Below are positions 37,802-49,329 of a stretch of 64,000 nucleotides of DNA, piece after piece (position 1 is the stretch's first letter; every line of letters starts with the position of its first letter). The stretch is from Monocercomonoides exilis PA203. Taxonomy: Eukaryota > Protista > Preaxostyla. The position numbers and the translations under genes were made by a program. The notes under the pieces were generated by a model. It saw nothing but the letters and a program-made list of their open reading frames with translations, made no database searches and was not told the DNA's origin. The stretch is from contig LSRY02000010.1 of NCBI GenBank assembly GCA_001643675.2, forward strand, positions 1,116,001 to 1,180,000. The letters run 5' to 3'.

Positions 37802-40498
37802 TTAGTTCGATTTTCCTTCTATTTCATTTTGACGATCAGGCAGAGGTATCGTAATTGCAGGAGGAGGGCCAAGGAGAGGCTCAACTTCCAAAGGAGGTAA
37901 GAGAAAAGTGATCGGAGGATCGCGTTTGAGCACTGAAAGAGGGATTGGAGCAGGCATCGGTGCATCCTTTGGAACAGGCACAGGAAGCAGTCCAACTGAG
38001 GGATCATAGTCATCTGTAGGGAGTGAGGGTTCAGGTTGGTTCTGAGGAGAAGGCAATGGTAGTTGTGAAACAGATGAGAGTGAAAGAGAAGACGGAGATT
38101 CAGGTGGAGGTGTGGAAGGCGGTGAGAAAATGGATAAATCAGAGTTTGATTCTGTGTCAAGCTCACATTCATTACTGATATGACGCTTTTCCACATCTTT
38201 CTTTTGAACTTGAAAATGATCAGATTGGGCGTTTTCATCAAATAGCTTTTCATTTGGTTGAGTGAAGTCTGAAGATTTAGTTGCTGAAAGCAATTGTGAT
38301 GTTCCAATTGATAAAAATTTATCAGAGGAAATAAATGAAGGAGCTTGGGGAAAAGGAGTTGGATGATCCAAATAAAGGAAATTGCTGAACGGAAAATTGT
38401 CAGAAAAATGATGAATGTCATTTATTTGCTGCGAATGTGATTGAAAATCTGAAAATGAGGATATATTTTGATGACTCTGCTGCGAATTCATATCAAAGCT
38501 GTTCAATATTTTATTCTCTTTATCAGCAAAACTTGTAAGATTTGTTAATGATGATGAGAATTTAACTTTGTCGTCTTCAAGAAATGAGTCATGTTCATGA
38601 ACTTCTTTTCGATCTGTTGATGCACTTGTATCTGAATATAAGAAAGGAAGTGATGGAGATGAAAATGACTGGATATTTTTTACTTCAGTTTCCGTTGGCC
38701 TAACGAGCATAGAACCATCAGCAAACAGCTCAGGCATCGAGAAGTCTATGCAATTGGATAATATGTTATTACTAAATTTTCCATAGCCGTCTTGAAGCTC
38801 AAGATCATTATTCTGAATTTCAGAGTTGTAAAGAAGTCTATTTTCACTTCGAACTAATTCCGAATCATTAAGTTCATTTTTTGTACTATCTAATTTTTGA
38901 TGCTTATCCATCACATTAGCTCGCAAATATTGCTCATCTTTCCGCTTTTTTCGCTTTTTCCGTTCTTTCGATTCAATTTTGTTTCTTTTCTCATTCAAAC
39001 TCTCATAAATCGACTCTGAAGAATTGCTTTCTGTCTGTGAATGCATCTCCCTTTCCCACTGACTGCATTCCTCATCAGCCATTGTGCGTTCCTTGGCCAT
39101 CTCCCACTCCATCATCTGCTCTCCGCTTGTGATCCAATCTTTCACCAGCCACTCTCCCGTCTTTCTATAAAACTGCACAGCCTCTCGAATTTGCTTTTTG
39201 AACCTCCGTCTGCTAATATCCTTCCCAACTTGCTTTATTTGGTTCACATAATCCATTTTATCCTCAAGATTTTTGATCTCTTCAATAGGAGCTTCTTCCA
39301 CATCCAGCCTCCTCCGCCGCTCCACCAGCTTTTCCCACACCTCTTCTCGTTTGGCTGCCTTATGAGCTGCTCTCATATCAGCTTCCTTCCAACGCTGGAG
39401 AATGGCTTCTTTGTCGTCTTTTCCAAAAGACAAGTCAGAATCAAAATACTGTTGAGTCATATTTTTTGTGGTGCTTTTTGAATCGTCACTCAAACTTTCA
39501 TGAGGACTCGAGGGAAATGTGGAGTGCGCATAGTCGCTTGCTAAACATGAAAATTTGTCAAGATGAGAATCCGCTGATTGTCCAGTGCCTTCAGTGATGA
39601 CTAAAAGTGTCTTTGGTTTTTTTAACGCTGCTGAAGAGAATTCCTTTTTATTCGAGTGTTTCGCATCTGATGCTTTTTCTTGTTTCCTTTTCATATAGAA
39701 CTCGCTCAAATTGAATGCCTGACTCTTTATAATTTCTTCTAGCTTGTTAGCAAAATCTTCAGAGACAGATGCTTCTGCTTTACGGTCAATGTGATCTCTA
39801 TCATCATAATTATCAGATGAAATTCCTTTGTGATCAATGCAAGTGCAGTTCGGAAGTGTTTCAAGAGGCTTCAAATGATGCGAAGCATACGCTTGAATTG
39901 AAAATAATTTTGATGTTTGATCGCTGTTGCCATTGTCCAATGAAAAAGTACTTGACGTGACACTTGCACAATGTTCAGAGTATTTTGATTTCATTCTTAT
40001 TAATTGATCATTTTTATTTGATTCAGGATGCTTCACTTGATCATTCGAAAAATGATTTTGTAACAAACATTCTGAACGGCAACATTGCTCGTGGATAATA
40101 GATTTTTCTTTAAAGCAAATATCCGCGCTTACAGAAGGAGTAAAGACAACAGAACTTGAATTTAAATCATCTCCAGAAAGAATGTCTTTTGTTCTTGAAG
40201 GATATTCTTTGAGATTTTCGCTAGAAATTAAGTCGCTTGCAAAATAATGTGTAGAATCTATGCATTTTATATTTGCTCCTCTATAACCGCTTGAACTACC
40301 AGAACAAGATAGATAAGAAAATGATTCTTTTTGATCAGGAATAGAATTGCAAAACGAATAATACATCAAAGAAGCTGGACTCGTTTTCAATTCTGTGTTC
40401 CTAACTGGATTTAAATTTTTTTCATCCTTATAATTGTTAAATAAGAAAATTGCAAAGAAATATTCAAAAAAAGTTTGAAAACCAATTAAAACTTTCAT
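37802..40498 (-). CDS. Hypothetical protein, Trp-rich GxWxxKxW family paralog C (true start probably in a short upstream exon)
   Basis: 898-codon ORF with DSDLSF...QRWKEAD...SRRRFKKQIREAVQFYRKTGEWLVKDWITSGEQMMEW and a Pro-rich C-terminus. Confidence 0.8.
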   Translation of the reverse strand: MKVLIGFQTFFEYFFAIFLFNNYKDEKNLNPVRNTELKTSPASLMYYSFCNSIPDQKESFSYLSCSGSSSGYRGANIKCIDSTHYFASDLISSENLKEYPSRTKDILSGDDLNSSSVVFTPSVSADICFKEKSIIHEQCCRSECLLQNHFSNDQVKHPESNKNDQLIRMKSKYSEHCASVTSSTFSLDNGNSDQTSKLFSIQAYASHHLKPLETLPNCTCIDHKGISSDNYDDRDHIDRKAEASVSEDFANKLEEIIKSQAFNLSEFYMKRKQEKASDAKHSNKKEFSSAALKKPKTLLVITEGTGQSADSHLDKFSCLASDYAHSTFPSSPHESLSDDSKSTTKNMTQQYFDSDLSFGKDDKEAILQRWKEADMRAAHKAAKREEVWEKLVERRRRLDVEEAPIEEIKNLEDKMDYVNQIKQVGKDISRRRFKKQIREAVQFYRKTGEWLVKDWITSGEQMMEWEMAKERTMADEECSQWEREMHSQTESNSSESIYESLNEKRNKIESKERKKRKKRKDEQYLRANVMDKHQKLDSTKNELNDSELVRSENRLLYNSEIQNNDLELQDGYGKFSNNILSNCIDFSMPELFADGSMLVRPTETEVKNIQSFSSPSLPFLYSDTSASTDRKEVHEHDSFLEDDKVKFSSSLTNLTSFADKENKILNSFDMNSQQSHQNISSFSDFQSHSQQINDIHHFSDNFPFSNFLYLDHPTPFPQAPSFISSDKFLSIGTSQLLSATKSSDFTQPNEKLFDENAQSDHFQVQKKDVEKRHISNECELDTESNSDLSIFSPPSTPPPESPSSLSLSSVSQLPLPSPQNQPEPSLPTDDYDPSVGLLPVPVPKDAPMPAPIPLSVLKRDPPITFLLPPLEVEPLLGPPPAITIPLPDRQNEIEGKSN

Positions 40499-40743
40499 TT
40501 TTAAACCTTTAATTTATCAATATTTCCTTGTGAAGCAAAATCAAAAAAATTCATCATGTTTATCAAAGTAGAGCCAATAAAACGAGAAAATTACTTCATA
40601 ACTCTTTTTAAAAAAAATTACATCACACATTTCTTTATTCATTGAAATCATATTTTGTTAAAGTCTGCTCTTGTTACACCATAATTTCCTTTCTTCATGA
40701 TTTTCGGAGGAAAGTGACCATAATAAAAAGTTTTGAAATACTC

Positions 40744-43700
40744 ATGGTATTTATCCTTGTGTTTGTTCCATAAATAGAGTTATTTTGCTTTCATTAACTC
40801 TAGGGCCAACATAATATTGAGAATGATTCTCATTCCGGAAATGTGTGTACTCATCTTGGATTTTATTTGACTCAGAGCGCGAGAGAAATAAAAACCAGAA
40901 AATGCAGTTATATTTGGGGCTTTTTAAGGTAATACTTTCATACACTTATTTTCATCATTAAATATAACTAAACAATATATTTATAGCGTTATGCTTGTTT
41001 GCTGCATTACATCAGTTGTTCTTTCTGTTAGTGAAAAGTTTCCTGTGGTTGTGCTAATGCTTTCAGAAGGTAGTGCAGGAGAAATTGATATGTCAATTAA
41101 AGTTGGTGAAAATACAGATCGGTTTGGGATTAATGCAACGGAAGTGGAGAGGACGGTGTCAAATCTTGGAGAGAAGGTTTGCTCCTTGCTGTTGCTCTGC
41201 AGTTAATAGAATTATCCAAATAGTATTCCCACTTTTCTCCTCGAATTGGAGTTACAGTATTTCCAAGAAAAAACGATGCGTTTGCGTTTTATACAATTCT
41301 TATTAGTTTTTGAAGATTTTTTCGTATAACAGGCCTGAGCGTACTTATTTGACTCATTTCTTAGCAATAAATACTGAAAGAGAGGTAATGAGAAATTTAT
41401 TTTAATTCTCTTGCATATGCTTTTTAACGATTCGTTTTTGTTATTATGTTTTAGCGTTCAATTGAAATTGGAAGAGAGTGGACAGCCAAAGCGATTCCAA
41501 AAGGTGAAACAATAATCACTGCCTCTCTTGCACGCCTCCTTAATGTATACTTTCTTTTTTTTACTCATTATGCGCAATTTTTTTTTAAAATACATTTTCT
41601 TTTAAATGATATTATTATTAGTTGCATATTGGAGATATTCTTACCGTTCCTTTTCCAGTGACCGAGGCCACACCAATTGCAGCTTCTATTGTGCTTAGCA
41701 AACTTCCTGATGCTCTTCCATTTATGATGGATTTGTTGAAGGAAGTTAACATTTCATTCAGAATAAATGATGTTTGTGGCTTTGCGTTAAAGAATTAATC
41801 AAAAATTTTTTTGAAATATTGTTTACAATTGAAAAATTGATTAACATTTTTTTTCCCTATGATACATTAAATTGGTCAGATCGTTGATGATGCTTTGGGA
41901 AAAATTGAAGAAGAAGAAGTGATGTTTGTTGAATTAGAGACACTGTGGGACAAGGTTTATTTTTTTCTGTTAATAATTTCAAATGTAGATTTTTTTAACG
42001 TCAATTTCTCTTTGTTGTGAACAATATATTGAAACATTAATGACCATTTTATTCAATCTTCTTTCCTTTATTGATTCTCACTTTGCTATTTGTTATTCAA
42101 ATTGTGTTCATTTCATTGAAATTTTTCAATTCAGATTGTCGATTCATTTCCTTCTGAAGCACTTATCACAATACACGATTCCCAATGGAAAAATGCAAAC
42201 ATTAGCGAATTTGTGTCAGAAGTTGTATTTTCATGCGAAGTGCCCCGCCACCCGATTTACTTGACTTTCGACACAAGAAATCTGAAAAAGTTTGCATTTC
42301 TTTTCTTTTTTTATGATGTTCGTGATTTGTTATTTTTCAATTTATTATTTTTTTGTATGCTTTGATTTCACATGCAAAACTATCTATTTATTCTTAGAAA
42401 GCTTGTGAGTTGGGCATCTCGAATAACATATGCACTGTCATTTGACGACCTCGACATCACAATGCCAGTCCCCGAAGCATACACTTTGTGGTCGATGCTT
42501 GGCATGCTGATAAACATGGTGAGCATGCTGATTGTGGTTGTTCTCGTGGGAATCTCCATCCTTCTCATTTACTCGCTTTTGCAGATCTCTGTGGATACCA
42601 GAACATTCGAACTGGGCATTCTGCGGATGGTCGGACTGAACCGTTTGGGTATCGCGGGAACGTTGGTGGCGCAGGCTTTGATGTATTCGCTTCCTGGATG
42701 GATTATTGGGATCGGTCTTGGATACTTAGTCAACTGGATTGTTGTTGGGGTGCTTGCGCGCGTAAGCTCTGTTGCGCTGGATCCGCTGATGCCTGCTGTA
42801 CCGATTGTTGTCTCTTCTCTCATATCATTTGGAATATCCCTTATTGCATCAATCTTCCCAATCCGATCAGCACTCACACAGAATTTGCATGATTCAATAG
42901 ACGTGAATCATTCAAAGACAAAAGTTGTGATGGTTTCCATTGAGCGTGCAAGCGATCTTTCCACTCCATGGGGATATCTGGTTGCAGGCCTTCTTCTGGC
43001 TGGTATTGGCGGGTCAGTTTACATAACTTTCCCTCAGGCACTTTTGGCAATGAACACAACACTTATTGCTTTCTTGCTGTTTTTCATGCTTTTGCTTATT
43101 CTTCTATCGTTGGTTCTTATATGCATGAATTTCGAATATATCCTCGAAACGATTGTGGCTACCGTGTTTCTGTTTTGGGAGAAGCGGGCTGTGCGAGAAA
43201 TTGCGGTGAAGAATCTTGGGGCACACAGATTGAGGAACAGAAAAACGACCATTTTGTACGCAGTTTCCTTGGCGTTCATTGTGTTTGCGAACATCATGCT
43301 GACGATAGCTGTGGATCAAATAGAAACAATGGTGTTTATGGACCATGGGTGTGATATACATCTAAGAGCATACAAGTTTGAGAGTGTGATGAAAGGATCA
43401 GCTGGAAGATCGCAGTCGCGATATGATCCCGATGCACGTTATTTGAAGGATCCTGAAATGTTGGAAGCAATTGTAGATAAATACTCAGACATTGTTGCGT
43501 CTATTGCATGGGTCACACACGAAATGGAAACTGTGTATAACCAGGCGATCCGGACACAGATAGCGAACCAGGGAAGATCACATGCGTTTTATCATCATGT
43601 CTACGGAACGACTCCGAACTTTATGGACAATCTGGATCACAAATATGTCAAAGTCATTGATGAAGAGAAGTCTGGAGACTCTGTTATCAAAGCGCTGTAT

Positions 43701-44615
43701 ACAGACAGAAACAATCCGTATTCGACTGTTCTTTCTGGAGGAATACGAAAGGCGATGGACGCCAAACCAGGAGATGTTCTGATGATGAACATCATTCCAG
43801 CCACTGAATCGAGCGACGATGGCGGGAGCGCACTAAGCTTCGGTGATGCTTCTGAATTTCTTGATTTCTCGCTCGCTCGGATTAATATCACTGCCACTGC
43901 GTATCTCGAAGCCATCCCGTTTTTCAACTTTCCCTCACAAACGATCTCAAAAACAGACGAAGCTGATGTTCCACTGTCAATTCCTGCGTATCTCACGATG
44001 ATTCCAGGCAATTCTGGACATTTAGACAACATCAAATACAACCATCTCCTCATCCGCTTTAAGGAAGGAGCCACTGAAAGTCAAATGTCTCGTGTGCAAG
44101 CACTGTATGACGAGCTCAAGGCAGTCATCGATGACCCAGGCGACAATGAGTCGACATACAAAGTGTGGACGCTTTTCAATGCGCTCGACGGATTTGTGCT
44201 TGCTTCAGACATTTTGAACATAACGTTTTATGCAGTGACAGTGCTTGTGATGATCTTATGCTTCTTTTCTTTGATGTCTTCGATGCACACCAACGTCTTG
44301 GAGCAGGCCAAAGAAATTGGGATAATGAGAGCGTTGGGTCTGACACGGTTCCAGCTTGTGCGTGTGTATGTAGAAGAAGCGTTTGTGCTTGTGCTCACAG
44401 CGACTGTGATGGGGATGATCAGTGGGATGGTGGTGGGTTATCTGATCATCTCTCAAATGGGCTCACTCCAGGGCCTACCGACGCCAATGTACTTTCCGTG
44501 GCAGCTGGTGCTGGTGATGATAGCAATGGCTGTTGTGACGTCAATCCTTTCTGCTTTGGAACCGACTTTGTCAACAATGAAAAAATCCATTGTTTCTATT
44601 ATTAAAACTCATTAG
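40744..44615 (+). CDS. FtsX/MacB-family (LolC/E-like) ABC transporter permease with two FtsX domains, multi-exon
   Basis: RTFELGILRMVG and QAKEIGIMRALG FtsX signatures, KNLGAHRLRNRKT before the second N-terminal TM, and 5' exons encoding SAREIKTRKCSYIWGFLSVMLV and GEID. Many GT-AG introns in 40747-42397. Start uncertain. Confidence 0.85.
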
Positions 44616-45647
44616 ATTTCTTTTTATTATTTTTGATGATTTTTTTGAATGCAATTTTGCTGTTTTGTTTTTTGTTATATTAAGCTTACAATTTTTTACT
44701 ATTTTACAATTTTTTAAAAATGTTTTCATTATGAAATCTATTTAGCTGCTGATTTTATGTTGTTGTATGTAATTTGGAATTATTTGAGTTCTGTGTTTTG
44801 TTATATGAATAATTCTTATCTGATATGCTTTTTTAGTTTCTTTCTGTTTGCCTTTAAAATTTTTTTCTTTTTTATTTTGAATGTTTTACAATTTTATGCG
44901 AAAGTTTTATGTTGCTCTGTGTAAATTATTAGTGTTTTTTTGCATTTTCTTTTGAAAAAATTTGAAACTTTCGTTTTTTGTTAAATATTGTTTTATAACT
45001 TTTTAATTCTTTGATTATGCATTTTTCTTTAAAAAAATTTTTTCCCTATTCTAATTTTATTTTCTGCTCTTTTTATTGCAGCGAGTTTATTAATAAGCGT
45101 CTAATTTCTGCAATTTTTTTGTTTTTATTGAAGAAAATACGATGAAGATTTTGCTTCTAAAAAGGGATTGCGCTTTCTTCTTTTCTTTGAATTTGACTTC
45201 GATAGAGAGATTGATTTTTCATAATAATCACAGATTTATTCAGCAAACAACGAAAATAATGATGCTTACAAGAAGCTTCAGTTCTCATGCTATTTCATCA
45301 ATAACAGAAATATTATCTCTTTTTAGCATTCGGATTTCATAATGTCAGTATCAAACTTTCATATGAAGTTAATAATTTTCCTAAAATAACTTCATACTCA
45401 GTTTATTATATAGCAAAACGATGTTGCTAAACAAATAAATAAAAAAGATTTTAACTGACCATTTCAAAAATGTTTTGCTGTTTGGATTTCCCACAAAACA
45501 TCTGTTCTGAAGTGAATTAGCAATACTTTAAAAGTCAGTTACGAGAATTTTAATGAAAAAATTGCTGCAAATGAACAACAATTGCAAAAAGTGCAACCGA
45601 ATTTTTGAAAGAGTAATCGAACTTAGACTAAGACTAAACCTGAGATA

Positions 45648-48025
45648 TTACAGGTGAGCCGACGAGAACGGGATGCTTGGAGGAAAGTGTGAGAGAGGAG
45701 GAGTGATAAATGGGAAAGCAGATGAGGAATGAGACAGTTCTTGTGAAGAAGAAGAAGAAGAAGGAGGAGGAGGAGGAGGAAATACTGAAATGAATGGTGA
45801 ATTGGCAATTCCTTGTGAAGCGTTCAGAGGATCTGTGCTGTGCAAAGATGAAGTGACACTTGGTGAAATGAAAGGTGACTGTGATGTAGTTGAGGGAAAA
45901 GATGGCAAAAATGGAGTAGAAACAGGAGGAGAAAGTGAAGTGCTTAGATTTGATGGAGTGATTTGTGGATCTTTTTGAAGTGAAAATGGCGATTCCGCAG
46001 ACGATTCACTATTCTTATGTTCCTCTTGATCTTTAAGCATTTCTGCACAATCCTCATCTGTCTTCATGTCATTATCTTCAATTTCATTCATTTCTTTCGC
46101 CATATCCGCTCTATCAATATCTTTTGCATTATAACCCTCATCATTGTCATTATCATCATATTCCTCTTCCTCTTCTTCCTCTTCCTCTTCCTCCTCGCTT
46201 TCATCAAAATCTCCCCCTATATCGATGAAGACAGACTGCTCCATGTCAAATAGCTCTTCATGGTAAAAGTACCTCTGAATGATGCGCTTGGAGAGACGGC
46301 TGATTGTCGCATCCTGATGGCCCATCAAAACCGTCAGAACATCAACACCACGCGCCTTCACAACAGAACATGCCACTTCGTTTTGCGGCATCTTCGACTC
46401 TTCGTTGTCTTCTTCATCCATACTCTTGCTATCATCATCATCATCATCGTCTTCATCTTCATCTTCCTCCTCTGCCTCATCAGAGCACATCTTCTTGCTT
46501 CCATTCTCCTCTCTTGCTTTCTGCATCCTCTGCGCTTTCCGCCTCTTTTCGTCCTGCCTCAATTTCTTCAGCAGTGCATCCATCTTCTTCTGGTTCACCA
46601 GCGCCAGCTTTGCCGAGTTCTCTCCGCACCGCAGCAGCCTCCACAGTATCCGCAGCGATGTCTCCACACAGACTTTGCTCGGCAGCGGCAGACACGTCAG
46701 AACAGGCTCCACGATTCCTCGCTCGATCGCCTTCTCCAGCTGATACGAGGTCGCTAGCCGCACCACTCGCCACAGCATCTTCAGCAGAGCCTCCCTCACG
46801 TCCAGTGCCTCCTCCGCCACGCCAAGCTGCTGCACTGCATCGTCCACAACGCCTCCGTCAAACATGGCCTGCCGCAGCGAGTTGTCTGTCTCTGCCACCA
46901 GCGCCAGCACATCGCTCGCCCCGCGTCGCAGCTCGACCGAGCTGCTCTTCATCAGCAGTGCCAGTCCGCGCAGTCCTCCGACAGACGCGATTGAGAGACA
47001 CATTGCAGGAGACTTCTTTGCCAGATGACGCACCCCACGCAACGCTGATGATGCAACTTCCATTGTACTGTTGCTAAAGGAGTGCAATAAAATAAAATAA
47101 AATAAAATAAAACAGAGCAAAAACTCACAAACTGTAGCTGGATAGCGAACTTCTTTGGGATGTTATATTTCACCAGATCTTTCTCTGAGATTGCATCCTT
47201 CGCCAAAAGACACCCAATTGCATTTAGAGTATCTTGAAGTACAGTATCGTCCTTCGATGCCAGTGCATTCGCAAGAAACTCAATGCACGCTTCTGCGTCG
47301 CCTTCCTCTACGGAACTGTGGAACAGTGCATACAAGAAAAATACCACGTTTGCCTGCCACGTTAGTGTGCACCGTCTAACTGCCATGTTTGGTGCCATTT
47401 TCTCAAGCACGCCCAGTTTCCTCACTGTAGCCACAATTACTGCACTTGTCAGGCTGAAATTCGCCAGACACCATATGCTCTGCTCCCGCACTTTCGCACA
47501 CGGAGACGCAACAAATGATACAAGTTGTGCAAGAATCCCAGTCTCGATCAGAAACGCGTGGTTCACCTTAGCTGACACTGCCACGTTCGTCAATATCCAC
47601 ACAGCCTCGTACTGCACGTCTGTGTTCGTATGAAACAGAAATCTATTCACACAGTTCATAAGCCCGCTCGAGTTAAGCATTTCTATTTGCATCTTTGAAG
47701 CTGATGAAAAAAATAATAACAAAACCAGACGATAAAGAAAGACAAGAACAAATGTTATAACCTCTACAGCAAAGTTTGCGAATTGTTGTTGCATATCCTT
47801 GTAACTGCTCTTCTGAACATTGAAGAACAGTTTGTAAATAAGTTTGTGGATCATCAACCTTTCAAACAAAAATATGTGATAAATTTTGGAAAAAATAATT
47901 TAATAAGCTAAAGCTTAATCAAAATATCATTAATAAACAATTATTTGAAGTTCGTAAGGCAAAGGTTCATTTGGATTCCAATCTTTTTCAGTTCTCTTCC
48001 TTGATAGAAGATTTTGTCTGTTCAT
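45648..48025 (-). CDS. Divergent importin-alpha-like ARM-repeat protein with acidic and Ser/Pro-rich tail
   Basis: QYEAVWILTNVA and VREQSIWCLANF match importin-alpha ARM2/ARM3; LMGHQDATISRLSKRIIQRYF matches the C-terminal helix. Three introns at about 47938-47861, 47761-47703 and 47128-47074. Confidence 0.8.
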
Positions 48026-48306
48026 ATCTCTAAGATATATTTGATCGTCACTTTGCATAGCTCGAGCAGAATTTTTTGCGGAATCTTGTTTTGAATACCA
48101 TCAAATAATGAAAATTCTTCAAAAATTTTAAAATATTTAATTTAAAAACCTTGGTGAAATGTTTTTTCTCTAAGATGCGCTCTTTCTTGCGATGAAAGAT
48201 AGAATTCAGCATAGGCCATTCATATTTTTCAAAAAATAATGCTGAAAATACGATAGAATCCAATTATTAAGAATAATTATATGGCATTTCTGATCGAAAA
48301 GCGAAA

Positions 48307-49222
48307 ATGTCAATTTCTCAACAAGATAATTTGCAAGACGCTCAAGAACAGATTTCAGCAGTCCCAATTCCATGTATGATTGTTGCTTGATAAGATACTT
48401 TCGAATCAAACTGTTTTTTATTTTTTATTTTCAAAAATATAAAAATTTTGCTGTTTAGTCTTTCCTGAGGCTTCAATCGAGCAACAAGAACGCAAAGCCA
48501 CCAAAAAATTTAAGATTCCATCAAATAAAAGAATGAAAAGAGAATCATATGATAGTGAAAACGAGGAAAGCGAAGAAGAATTTGAAGAGAATCAAAGTGA
48601 GGGAGATTCCGAGTTTTCTGAAAGCGAAGAAGATGATGATATGTCCGAGCATTCGGAAATTGAAAATGAGGACGAAAATGCACGAAAAATTAAACAAAGC
48701 GGAAAAGTGACTCAATCTTTGTCTGAAGTTAAATCATTACAAAAAAGAGAGACTCGTCTGCAGAATGAAAAAAAATCCATTCATAATGAAAAGGATGAAA
48801 GTGTGACAACGGTATTTATTGCGGGGCTTCCTTTTGATTTGAAATTGGAAGGAGTTCAAAAATTACTCTCAAAATATCATCCTCGAGAAATAAGAATAGT
48901 TCATGATAAAACAAGTGGATTATCAAAAGGATGCGTTTGGGTCGATGTCGATACCCCCAAAATTGGATGGACAATGGAAAAAGAGATACCTCGTATTGTT
49001 GTTAAAGGGAGACGGCTCGTAGCAGCTATGATGGAACGGAAAAATTGGATACTTATCGGTAAAAAAGGAGCTCAAAACAAGCAAGAAATTGGGGCGTTGC
49101 AAGAGAAGAAAATGAGGCATTTGCTTCAAAAGAAAAAGAAAATACAAAAGAAAAACAGAGAAATGAAAATGCAGCAACAACACCAACAACGCGAGAAATA
49201 CATTATGAAAAAAAAGAAATAG
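48307..49222 (+). CDS. Single-RRM RNA-binding protein (acidic N-terminus, basic C-terminus, nucleolar-type)
   Basis: RNP2 VFIAGL and RNP1 KGCVWVDV. Exon 1 48307-48373 and intron 48374-48458 join in frame to the track ORF. Confidence 0.8.
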
Positions 49223-49329
49223 AATTAACAAAAAATCACTTCACATTATAAAGCATTTCATTTTTCTTTAAACCATATTTGCTGTTTTGATAAAAAATCT
49301 ATCTTATTTTTATCAATCAATGGAAAATC

